Source: the human T2T-CHM13v2.0 reference genome, Homo sapiens
DNA length: 64,000 bases
Reading direction: 5' to 3' (one strand)
Assembly: GCF_009914755.1 (NCBI RefSeq)
Contig: NC_060928.1
Positions 14,055-26,692 of this stretch are shown here, in pieces. The translations under genes were made by a program, and so were the position numbers. Within the stretch, counting starts at the first letter, position 1, and each line of letters starts with the position of its first letter. The notes under the pieces were generated by a model that was given only the letters and a program-made list of their open reading frames with translations, ran no database searches and was not told where the DNA came from.

Positions 14055-15210
14055 TTATTAGTTTTATATTCTGTGAAACAAATTACCAGAAGTTTAATAG
14101 ATGATTAAAACAAAAAAAATATTATCTCACATCTTCCATGGGTTAGGCATCTGGTATATTTCAAATAAATCTTCTGCTCAGTGCCTCCATATTGCAAATG
14201 TATTAAATTTGTCTACATATTATGATATTTTGACATATTAAAAAGCCTTTCTGACTGGGGAGAATCTGCCTTTTAAGATTGGTCAGCTCTTAAAGATTAC
14301 AAGGGGCCCAGTAAGGAGTATGTCTTTGATAATCAAACTAACCAAGCTGAATCCATACACCCCCCCATCTGTCCCATATACTCCAGGAGACAATATTCCT
14401 CTGCTTTAATCATCCTGGACCACCCCTACCACCCAAAACCTGCCCATATGATTCAAAATAGCCAATCTCAAACTGTTCACACTGTGCTGTCTTACCTTTC
14501 CCTGGAAAATTCCAATTAAGGCAATGGCCTAAAACTTCCCCTAGCTCTTGTTTTCTGCCTTCTGACTCCACCCAGGCATCTTTCTCATGTGGCCCTGCAT
14601 GGCATGTCTCTAGGACCTGTGAGTATAACAAACTTTTTTTTTTTTTTTTTGCCTCTTCTCTGTCTCCTTTTGTGACTGCATCTGACTCACTATCTCATAA
14701 AAAAAAATATATAAAACAGTCTCACAGGCTGGAATCGTGGTATGAGTTGGCTGGGTCCTCATCTGGCAGTACTAGAGAAAGATCTGGTGCATGCTCCCTC
14801 AGGTTGTTGGCAGAATTTATTTTCTTGAAGCTGCAGGCCTGATGTCTCCTTATCTATTGTCTGTGAACTGAGTACTACTCTCTGTTTCTAGAGACCACTT
14901 TCAGTTTCTCACATGTTACCCCTTCCATAGGTCGTCTCACAACCTGGCAACTTACATTTTCAGGACCAGTAACAGAATTTCTCTTATGCTTCAAATCTTC
15001 CTTCAGGCTGGACATTGTCCATTTTAAGGACATAACTGATTAGATAGAGCAACATTTTGATTAACTCAGCTTAACTGGTTTGGGCCACAACCCTGGGCAT
15101 GATATCTCATCATATGTACAGGTTTTGCTAAATTCAAGAGGAGGGTATTATATAGAGGGTCGGCATGAGGGAGAGGAACATTAAAGACAATCAGAATTTT
15201 GCCACTCACA
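14055..15210 (-). mobile_element. MLT1D/E-type MaLR LTR, split by a nested LTR at 14188-14718
   Basis: Left piece AACAAATTACCA..TATTATCTCAC..CTGCTCAG resumes as GTCTCACAGGCTG..CAGGTTGTTGGCAGAATT..GATATCTCATCATAT..GAATTTTGCCACTCACA. Confidence 0.75.
14188..14718 (+). mobile_element. ERVL-class solo LTR of the MER73/MER74/MER88/LTR53 group
   Basis: TTTTGACAT..CAAACTAACCAA..AATATTCCTCTGC..TAGCCAATC..ATGTGGCCCTGCATGGC..CTGTGAGTATAA..AAAACA end. Candidate 5-bp TSD GCCTC (14183-14187) / GTCTC (14719-14723). Confidence 0.72.
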
Positions 15211-15240
15211 TCTCATATTCTACCCAGATATAACTAATGT

Positions 15241-15296
15241 TATCTATCTATCATCTATCTATCTATCCATCTATCTATCATCTATCCATCATCTAT
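15241..15296. repeat. (TATC/GATA)n imperfect tetranucleotide repeat
   Basis: TATCTATCTATCATCTATCTATCTATCCATC... Confidence 0.9.
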
Positions 15297-16149
15297 TTCT
15301 TTCTCTGAATGCAGTAGTATTCCTTCATCCTTTATCCATGTGGAATACTTTCCGAGACCCCCCACACTCACAAAAATTCAATAATTACACTGGGAAATTG
15401 TGGAGCAAATATTGCCTGGAAAAGACTGGCCTTTTCACTCAAGATCTTGACCTTTACACACCAATTTAATGACTGATTTATCACCGTATCAGTCAGTAAT
15501 AGTGCTTCCTAATAGCAAAATAGCTTTATAGGAACATGAAGTACCAACATCATTAGGTATCAAAATTTTAAAAACTTAACGAAGGTGTTTCATGAATGAG
15601 ATACCTTCTGGAGTGTTACTTTATGTTATTTTTTTGACAGATGTTTCAAACAACCTGGTGCATCTAAGTGCTTTCAATGTCAAACTGAAAAATTTATGCC
15701 TAAGACCACATTAGTGAACTAAACAAAAATCTCATCGTAAAAAGTAAAACTTTGGTTAATTAAAACTAAAGATAGAAGAAAATGCTAATTTTATTTTTTT
15801 CTCAATCAGAAAGGGTAGCATATTCAAAAAATAAACTTTTAATCATACAAAAGAATACAATTCCATACACTGATGGTTCAGGATAGACACCAGATATCAT
15901 AAGTCTTATAACATCAAATAGTATAAAGAAAAAAATAATGGAAACTTAATAGTATAACTCATTGCTTTCTAAACAGCATAATTACTCTGTAATTATGCTT
16001 TTATGTAATTATGTTTAATATGTAATTACTCTGTTTTGGTGTTATAACTTTGAGAGATATAATTAAAGAGATATTTTCATATATACTGAACTTTGGGGTA
16101 TATCTTATGAATGGAAAAGTGTTTTAAAACCATTTTTTAGCAAACATAA

Positions 16150-16574
16150 GTAGATACTGCTGTGTGTTTCCCAAATCCCTGCTTGAGAATGGAGGCACTC
16201 AATCCTGGAGCATTACTTCCTATGGACTCAAAACTTCTTACTCTGGAAATTGCCATTGGTGGAATAAAGCAGCCTCACTCAAGTATGTCACCTTGGAGGC
16301 ATACCACATTCAAGTCACTGACTGATAGGAAGTAATAAAGGTAAGGTCCCCTTGGCTTAATTGGGACAATTCAGAAAGGCCTTCTAGCTGATAGATTTTC
16401 TGGAAGTTAGCTGAGGACTATTCACAGATATAGCAAAAGTCAACTTGTGGCTCTTTCCATCCTGCTTCCTTCGCTCAGTCATGGATATTGCTGCTAATAG
16501 TATTGTTCCATAAACTTTCTGCATGCAAATCTCTTTCTTTTACTTTGTTTCCAGAGCACCTAGCCTTGGAGACA
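16150..16574 (+). mobile_element. LTR16-type ERVL solo LTR
   Basis: GCCTCACTCAAG..GACTGAT..TAAAGG..TTGGGACAATTC..GCTGAGG..ATCCTGCTTCCTTC..ATAAACTTTCTGCATGCAAATCTC..GACA end. Confidence 0.7.
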
Positions 16575-16742
16575 GAACATGTAGAATTAACCTGAGAGGA
16601 AAAGTAAGAAACTCTGCAAGTAGCTAAAACAATGTTTTCTATCAAACCCAGCTTATGTTGTTAGATTGTGAAAGTATATCAGTCCTAGAAAACATATTTC
16701 AATTACTTACTTTCATATTTACTTTCACATTTCAATTATCTT

Positions 16743-16905
16743 TAGTGTAGTGTAGTGGTTGAGGGCTCTGGCTCTGAAGGTAGACTTGGGTGTGAATGCA
16801 GAATATAGCACTCACTAAATCTGTACCTAGACATTTGCAGCTTCATAAGAATATGATGGCAAGAGAAATGTATATAAAGCTCTCAGCATAGCACTCAATA
16901 AAAAT
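16743..16905 (+). mobile_element. MIR SINE relic
   Basis: GTGTAGTGGTTGAGGGCTCTGGCTCTGAAG..AGACTTGGGTGTGAAT..ATGTATATAAAGCTCTCAGCATAG..CACTCAATAAA. Confidence 0.7.
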
Positions 16906-18050
16906 AATAAAAATAAAATCATTGTCAGATACAATTGCTATTATTAATAATTATAATATGAATGTGACAAATTATGCATAATTTTAACAATATATTAATG
17001 GACATAGACTCACAGACTAGACCGATATATCCTTTTTTCATAATGTATAAGATATTTGCCTAAAACAGTAAACATGCTTTATTTAAAGTTGAAATTTCCA
17101 TAATTATGAACAGCCTATTTTAATATAGTTTTAATTTGAAAACACTTCTCTGTACTGTTGGGATAGAAGACATGCATTAAAAGTATTCATGGTAGCAGTA
17201 TACAGGTCTTCTCTTAAATTGCAATTAAAGGCTATGCTTTAATAAAAGTCTATTCCTATTAGGTTTTAATACCAAAATGTAATGTCTAAACTGTTATACA
17301 TGGCTTGTTTGATAAACGTTTTAGCTTAGATTATAGCATTAAGGCATTAAGCTTTAGTATCCTGTAATCTTCCCTTTAATCCAAATAATAAAATATCTGA
17401 GTTAAAATCCACAAATAGTAAAGAAGGTTTATCCAGAAACAAAAAAACTAAGTAAAAGTTCATAAGAAACAGATCAGTGGCAAGGGAAGTTGCTTAGAAT
17501 AATAAGATGGTATATTCAGACCCTCAAATGTTTTTGTTTTCCTAATGGTGCCATGAAGAACCAGTTAAAGAGTAAACACTCACCACTACTTTAAGTTTTC
17601 ACCTTAATTGAAGAAATGCAGCCCTATTATATTTCTTTAACCAAATTATGACATACTACGTAAAGCAACAGTACCATTTTCCTCAGCCATCATCACTAAT
17701 ATTGGGGAAACAATTTAGTCATTTATTGGGGTAGTAGTTCTTTGTTACATATCTCTAGTATTGAACCAACATTTGGAGTATTATCAGAGGGTTCTTAAAA
17801 GAAACTTCTTGTGCCTGCCTGGACCGATGGAGGAGGAAGATATATACCAGTCGATTTCATTAGCGCATTAGTGCGGAAGACTAGTAGTCAGAAAACACTT
17901 CTCAACCCTCAAAGGCCCCTCAGCCCCTTTTCTAATAACGTTGAATCAGAGGTATAAATGAGCAAGGAATTCAACAACTTTACAGTATTTTTGTGATTGT
18001 TTACAATGTTTATTTGTTTCCTTCTTTAAAAAAAAGTAATAGAAGTCCTA

Positions 18051-18497
<447 letters not shown>

Positions 18498-20247
18498 TTA
18501 CAGAGACATAGATAAGCACCATTAATGTGTGGGCAAAAAGACCATGCAAAGTAACTCTTCCCTGATTCTTACTGCTTTCAAAGTCCATCTGCACTACTCA
18601 ATATCTCAGAATCCCTCTTCCTGTTCAATCCTTTTCCTTTCCCATTGAAAAGACTGAAGAGCAACTTATGTCAAAATAGGAAAAGTCTCAAAATGATGTG
18701 CCATTTTTCAATTAATTTAAATATTGTTTTAATTATGATTATGCCTACTTGGTGACAGAAATTGATATTTATTTTTTAATCAATAAAACATTTGGATTAT
18801 TCAGATTATGCAATAAATTTTCAAAATCATTTCTTTATTTCTATTGAAATGATTCTGACTATGAAATAATAAATAATGCATGCAATTGTATAAGTTTAAT
18901 CATAGTATGACTAGACATTCAGTTGTATTAGAAACATGAGTAAAAGTTGTGTTTTATACTGACTTTAAATATTTTACACTTTTCTATTTTTTTTATGTTT
19001 CTCATCTTATTCTTTTAATCACTCGTATCATTTTCTAACTTCTTTATTCCGTCCTTTTAATTTCAAACAATATTTTCAAAATTGCTTATTTTTAAACATT
19101 GTCAATAAATAAAGGGACAAAAATATGGAAAATGCCTCATAAGATGTCCTTATTTCTTCTAAATTGACCATTTTAATTATAATATCTCAATTATAATTAA
19201 TTAGTAATATATTGTATTATACCAGATATATAAGAAACTGGAGATACATATGAAAACCAAAATGTAGGTAATTTGAAAAAAATTGAGATTTTAACTGTCA
19301 TTTTTACAAGTAGAAATACTAGCAGAAGTAATCATTATTTATTCAATATTTAAATATTCTTTCATGATTTCTGTAATTCTGGTGATACATTATTTGACTG
19401 TTACATTATTTTGCTGTAATGTTGGAAATCTCAATGTATCCTGAATAGAAACATATTCACCTGAATCTGAGATTAGTTATTAGTACACTTCATGCCATAA
19501 CATGCCCTAGATAATGTGAAGAAAATTTAGCCAATGTAAATTTGCTTACTTGCAGATTAGGAAATATGAAATACATGATTATATCTACTAAATATTCTGA
19601 AACAAATATAAAAAGATTATATTATATATAGATAGATATAAGTGCTGGAGTCTCATGATCAACTCTAAGTTAAGTTCAGGGCAGATTGTATTTATCATTT
19701 TTTCAATTGTATTTTAATTTGGTGCTTAATTTTTTAAAATTAAAACTCTGCATTTTAGTGTAAGATGGTAGAAAGGATCTAGCAAAACTTTCCGAAATGA
19801 TTATGAAATTACATAATTTTAATGTTAATTAAATTATTTATTCCTAGAGAGCCTTTAATATAACAACGATATAGGGCTATCTTAATTAAATTAAGTACAT
19901 TTATTTTATTAAATCAGTGTATTTCAGCCACCTTGAAATTTAGGCTCTGCCATTTGATGTCCATTGGAGTTTCCAATAATTTCAGATTCTCTCCAGTTGT
20001 TAAAGATCTACATAAGGGTCAGAATTTTACTTTTATTTCTAATTCACACTTTATATAATACTATCTTAAAGATGTTATTTTCTTTGCATTATGTCATGCC
20101 TTAGTTGGCTAAACTTTTGATCTTTTTTTCACACGGATTATCTGGTTGGCCAATCTTGACATTAATAAGGCATATTTTAAAAGTTAATATAATAATAAAT
20201 AAATAATATAAAGCTTACTATTTTACGACACACTAAGTCATAAAAGC

Positions 20248-20444
<197 letters not shown>

Positions 20445-22882
20445 TAATTTAAACTTTCATGGTTTCATTGTTTGCAACAAAATTAACAAAAATATTTTTA
20501 CCCCACACAATTTCTCTACACTATTCTCTATATTAGTGAAGATAATCTGACTCCTGATATTTGTGTCATTCCTCACATAAGTGAGATATTTCTTTATATT
20601 TACTTCCTTTGATTTGTTTCTATTTAAGTTGGTTCTCTCATAAAACTGAATTTGTTCATACATTTTTCTTAGTTCTACTTAATTATTTCAAACAAGATAA
20701 TAAACCTACTATTCTAAAAGTTTGCAATTTCTATCTTAATTTATATATAAACATAAAGCATCACCTATAAATTTTTATTCCTTTTTCTTTTATGATACAG
20801 CGTTTTTATCTCATAATGGGATTTCCTATCGACAGGCAAACAACATATCAGAGAAGAAGGTGAATTTATTCACTGAAAATTAATTCTAACTAGATAGATC
20901 CCAAATATGCAAACAAGGTTAATGTCAGGCACTGCAGTGAATGACTGATAGAAATCAAACAAATTTTCACATATTCATTTTTAGAGTGCTTCTGCTTAAA
21001 AATATTGGACCCAACTCCTTAAAAATTTTAAAGTGGCAAAGTTTTTACAAATATTTTCTAGCTGTGATAGATAAATTATGAAAATATGAACATACTCCTT
21101 GAAAAGAAAAAGAGCTTGATTTTTTATTTTGATTTCGTTTTAAGAAAACATTTGCATTCAATTTTTTTTTTGAAAAAAATTTTGGTAAAAAGCAGTAAAC
21201 AATGAAAAAAGGCCAAATGTTACCTTATTTTGCATGTATTATTAGTTTTACATTTTTTATTGGTGTGAAAATTGAATATCATTAACAGCAATATCTTGTG
21301 ATCTTTTAGTATACATTATATTTTCCAACTTGTAAACTTTATTGTAGAATTCCAAGTTAATTTTCACAATATTGTTATTTGTTAGGATTTAAGAGTCTTG
21401 ACATCTGTTGCCACTTTTATCCATATTAAGTTTAGTGTAGCTCATGAAATGTGTTTAGCTATCAAGAATTCTGCTGTTTTTACTTAAAGTTAATTTTAAA
21501 ATGTGTTTAATCAATCACATTTGTTCAATCATTTTAATGAAAGTAACTCAGAACTACAAAGAAATTTAAGTATCTATGTTAGTTTTGGCCCAGTGATGGC
21601 TAACAAACGCCATAGCTTGTTTTGTTTTGTTTGTAATTATCCATACCTCCTGATTATGAATGAGGAAATCACTGTAACTTAAAAGGAACACAGATGCAGA
21701 AGAGGTGGTTTTACATAGCATATGTTACATCTGCCATAGTAATTCTACTTTATGAATGTAACATCATATTTAACACGGCATTCATCACATGAATATAATG
21801 GTATTAATTTAATATTTTGCATTACTAGCACTGATTTTGAATTTTTTATGGATTTTGTGTTGATTTACATCTACCTTTTTGTCTATATTTAAATGTTTAC
21901 AGTTGTAAATAATACAGTAAGGAAATATAATTTTAAGACCATATTAGTACCTAGAATTCTATTTACCATGTAAAGGTTTCTGTAAATTACTCAATTTATT
22001 GTCAACATTTGAAGTATCAGCTTTGTCAATTTAGAGGACTTACTACTTTTAGCCTAAAGAAATTACCCTTGTCTAATCTTAGAAATTGGGTGTACTAGGA
22101 TGTTATCCACTTTCTTCATCCATGTAAGTAGGAATAAGTATAAAACATAGATCAAAAAAAAACATGGCAGGAAGATCTATTTTGTAAATATTCTAACTAG
22201 AGCAGAGTATAGACAGAGAAGACTTGTCATTTTTTCAATACATTTCTTATTCTTGCTTGCCATCTCTATTGACATGAAATAGATTTATTGAAATTTTCCA
22301 TCGGATTTTGTACTCAAAACCAGTCATTTATCACAGCAAGATATTATAGTAAAAACTTGCATGTAGCACCTCTCTGAGTGTAGTACTTCTAAATTACGTT
22401 CTGAGAGAGGTGATTTTATATCAATAAGGGTTTGCAGGCATATGCGCACTCTAAAAGATAACTAAATGAAAAACAATAATCTCTTTTTAGGTTTTTTGTT
22501 GTTGGCATGCCTTTTTTTTTTAAAACTCCTCTATGTATTTATCTCACAGGATGAGATTTCAGCCAAAGTCAAGGCACTGTCATTATAACAACTTCAATGC
22601 TTTCATGACTTTTTTTCTCCATTTGATCAATGAGAGATGCGTAAGTAGTTTCTTTCCCCTAACACTTTATATTTTCCCTTGGAATTTTTTGCTCTGTATA
22701 TGATAACTACACAGCATATATATTTAATATTTAAGAATTATACCAAGAAAAATAAGAGGAGCCAAAGATAAGCATGAGAGGTGAAAGGTAAGAGTTAAGA
22801 TAATTTGATTCCATTTAGGAACTTTTATGTTGAAATTCAGAGGAGTACTTCAGACATTTACGGAAACAAAAAGGACAATACT

Positions 22883-23266
22883 TGGATTATTCTGCTAGGG
22901 CTGCCATAACAAAATATTACAGACTGCATGGCTTAAACAACAGAAATTTACTTCTCAAAATTTTGGAGCCTGGATGTCCGAGATAGAGGTGCCAGCTGGT
23001 TGGTTATTCTTGAGGCCTCTCTTTGGCTTTCAGATGGTTATCTTCTCATTGTCTTCACGTTGCCTTTCCTCCGTCTTTTCTCCATGTGCACATCCTCATG
23101 TCTTTCTCTTCTTATAAGGATAGCAATTATATTAAACTAGAGCCCTACTCTTATGAACTCATTTAACTTTTATAGCCTCTTTAAAGACCTGTCTCCAAAT
23201 ATTTTCACGTTGAGGGTTAGGGTTTCAACATAGGAATTTCAGGGGAGTGTAATTCAGTCTACCACA
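22883..23266 (-). mobile_element. MLT1B-like MaLR solo LTR
   Basis: GCTAGGGCTGCCATAACAAAAT..GGCTTAAACAACAGAAATTTA..TCTTCTTATAAGGA..TCTCCAAATA..GTTAGGGTTTCAACAT..AATTCAGTC. Confidence 0.87.
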
Positions 23267-24374
23267 ATACTCCTTCTAAGTAAATGTGTTAACTGGTTTA
23301 AAAGAGGAGGAAATATTGAGATAATATTTCCCATCATGCAAATTTTTTTTTCTGTGTAGGATGTGGTCAGGATAGACAAGATGCTCAGAAGTCCTCAGAG
23401 GACTGTAGGGTCCATGTCCCCATCTCCTTGACAACAAGCATGTTGTGAGAGAGGTTCAATAAGCCTGGGTAGTAGAGATGTATATTACTGTGGGCAGGCC
23501 GAGATATCTTCCTTTCTTGGTGTCTTTGTTTGTAGACCAGATCAAAGCAGTATAATCATTGTATAACTTTTAAAAATCCAGAAAGATGGAGATATCACAA
23601 GAAGGAAGGCACCAGGATCTCTGATTTTTTTTTAAAAAATTGGACTATTGTTGAGAAATTGTCAGCGATTATTCATTAAGATTATGTATCTCTAGCCATT
23701 TACTTGTATTGATTTACAGGTACTTTAATGTTACATACACAGAAAGAAAAAATGAAATAAAGTATAACTATGAATAAGTACACTGACTCAGGGAATTGTC
23801 AAAACTGTTATGCTGTGTACGAGAAGAAAACAATATGTACACAGCCTTAATTGATATAAGGAAAAAGTTTTAGAGCTGTGTAGCATTTTTCCTTTATGTA
23901 TATATCCGAGAAAATCCCTTTTTCCTGAAGCAACATAACTACTTTACGGAGTTCCTGACAAAGTGTGACCCCTAATTACTTGCTGCCTCTTCCCCAGTAT
24001 GCACGTCGGCTTTGTCAAGCACTAAAATAAAGAAAACCTCTATCCATTTTTGCATCATAATGCTCATGCCGGAAAAAAGGTAGAAATTTACTGTCCCTTC
24101 AATTTCTAGAATATGAGAAGGTTTAAGAGTCCAGGGGAAGGGGTGTCATGTACTGAGATGGTAGTGAGAGCAAGTGAGGTAGGGGGTATAGATGCAAATA
24201 CTTCACGAATGAAATGAAAAAACTGTTAAGCCCCATGGGAGACTTACTTCTTGCCATGGCAAATAATGGCAGAATGAGCAGATCTTCCAGAGCTCTTTCT
24301 CTTCTCCCTTGTCTTTATGAAATGAACCGGCCATCTTTTATATTCTGGAGTCTTCATATAAAAATCATGAACCT

Positions 24375-24650
24375 GGCTGGGCGTGGTGGCTCACACCTAT
24401 AATCCCAGCACTTTGGGAGGCCGAGGCAGGCAGATCATGAGGTCAGGAGTTCGAGACCAGCCTGGCCAATATGGTGAAACCTCGTCTCTACTAAAAATAC
24501 AAAAATTAGATGGGCGTGGTGGCATGTGCCTGTAGTCCCAGCTACTCGAGAGGCTGGGGCAGAAGAATCACTTGAACCCGGGAGGCAGAGGTTGCAGTGA
24601 GCCCCAGCCTGGGAGACAGTGAGACTCCATCTCAAACAAACAAACAAAAA
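24375..24650 (+). mobile_element. Alu SINE (AluSg-like) with ~20-bp deletion in right arm
   Basis: GATCATGAGGTCAGGAGTTCG diagnostic. GCAGTGAGCC is joined directly to CCAGCCTGGG. (CAAA)n tail. Confidence 0.96.
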
Positions 24651-25947
24651 GAATTTCTGTCTCCTTATTGCAAAAAACACATATGAAGCTTTCCTATAAA
24701 CTTACTTTTCATCTGTTATTCTATGGCACTTGGGTGGGCCTTTAGGTTTTCCTACCTTCTTCAAAATAATCCAAGACAGGAAAGAGATGAAAAAACAGTT
24801 GTATATCCATCCTTACTTGGTTCAATGTGAAGGGAAGACAGAAAATAAAAGAAAACTCTTGATCAACCTCTCACTTAGCCAAGCTCACAAAATATAGATC
24901 TTTCTTTTGAAATTCTGATGTCATATTATATGGGCTGAATCTAGTATTGAATTTAGAGTTAAAGATTTTCAGTTTGTTCACTTTACGATAAGCACAGGAC
25001 TATGTATTGCAATTCCTTGGCACTTTAAGACATGGAGATACTAACTGCCTTCTTTCCCTAATGTTGTGGCTTTAGCTGAAATTCTGAGATAAGGAAAAAC
25101 ATTTGCCCTTATTTTTTGTTCAATGTATTTGATCTCTCACAGGACTGCCAATTATGTCTACAACAATTTGAAGGATCAGATATTGTCTTTAAGATTCTGC
25201 TTACATGACATTTCTGTTTTTGTTATTTTTTTCTTTTGTTTTTCTTTATCTTTGATTATATGCTTTTGCAGATTTTTTTGTTTGTTTGTTTTTGGTTTAG
25301 GCTTAGTGCCACGAGAGACATGGTTAGTTGGTTTGCTGTTCTGATGAACAATGGATAATTTACTTAATTCTCTGCCTTCTTAGTTACAAAACAAAGATAA
25401 TGTTGACATTACAGTATTTGTGTAAAGGGAGTATAAATAATCTATTTACAGTCTCTGCACATTAGTACAAATTTCTACAAGAGAAGACTCCTTAACAGGA
25501 TTTACTTGGTCACAGTTGCCCTTTTCCCCCATCATCAGGCAAAGTGCCTACTCAGGCTAGGTGATCAATTAAAATCTGAAAAATTAATGAATGAATAAAT
25601 GATTCAGTTATGTTTTATTGGAAAGCATTATATATCTTGGAAAAGTTCCACTTAATAGCCTAGGTAACAATTCACTTTCTAGACAATATTAAAGAGAACA
25701 AGTAAGTTTCAGGGAGAAAGTCTCTGGATCAGTTAGTGCCAGAACATAAAACAATGTGTGCTGCTGAGGATTATGTGCATCCCAGGATATAGAAACATTT
25801 TGAAAACACCAGCATATGTGGTGAAACAATTACAAGTCGAGAATCAATTAGAGTATAAGTATGCATAAAACATCATCCTTTTAGTTTTCATTTTTCCTTT
25901 GGACAGAATGAAGCATGCAGATATCATTGCTAAGTTTACAGTGAGGA

Positions 25948-26120
25948 GGTAGAAGCATTGGAAATTCAAATGCTTTGTTAGTGTTATTGTCAAATATTAA
26001 AAGTGGTCATTTTAACATATTAAAAGTGGTCATTTTAACTTAAAAGGGAGTAGATGGAAGCACTGAAAAGTCAAATGCTTTCTCGGCATTACTGTCAAAT
26101 ATTAAAAGTGGTCATTTTAA
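25948..26120. repeat. Local duplication: two diverged ~70-bp units, three copies of a 22-23-bp core
   Basis: ATATTAAAAGTGGTCATTTTAA(C) at 25994-26016, 26017-26039 and 26099-26120. Confidence 0.9.
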
Positions 26121-26668
26121 AACTGAATGTGGCACTTTTGTGAGTGGGTCCCTAGAAACTTGGTGCTACTTTACATCCAGCATAGTTGTCATCTGAAGCT
26201 CTTAAAACTCACCTAACTTTTATCTAATATCCAAAGAAAGTCGTTCAAATCTATTAAGAACATATGTGTCAAAAGCAGCAACTATTCCTGTGCTATACCC
26301 GGCATTCCAATACTAACGTTTCTCAGAAGACTGAATATTGTAGAGTCTGAAGTAGCAGTTCGCAATAGCTTTACCTTTGTGACCTTATCTTTTCAATTTA
26401 ATTAGATGAAACGAGAATATGAATATGTGTTAAGGCAAATTTATCAAATTATCTCACCTACAAACACTGGAAGGCAGTGACTGTTACTACTGAAATAACG
26501 TGATGGTATTAGTATGAACTCACTTTTCTTCTTTCAAAGTTATCCCCGGATTTTACTTAAATTGAATTTTGTTCTTGTGGATCAGTAAAGATATAAGTGC
26601 AAAAGCATTTTAATGTTATCTTACTTGTGGTTTTGATTGCTTTGAGAAATTTCTATTTCACTGTCCTG

Positions 26669-26692
26669 GTTACCTAGGAAACAATCACGTGA
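26669..26692. promoter_or_regulatory. Candidate RFX X-box plus palindromic E-box
   Basis: GTTACCTAGGAAAC (26669-26682) and TCACGTGA (26685-26692). Motif match only, no functional data. Confidence 0.35.

Noticed and set aside
23290-23700. Possible very old MLT1-type LTR
   Set aside because: Too diverged to support by eye.
25994-26120. Three palindromic 22-23-bp repeats resembling a mini CRISPR array
   Set aside because: Two copies are directly adjacent with no spacer, the flanks are themselves duplicated, there are no cas genes, and the DNA is primate.
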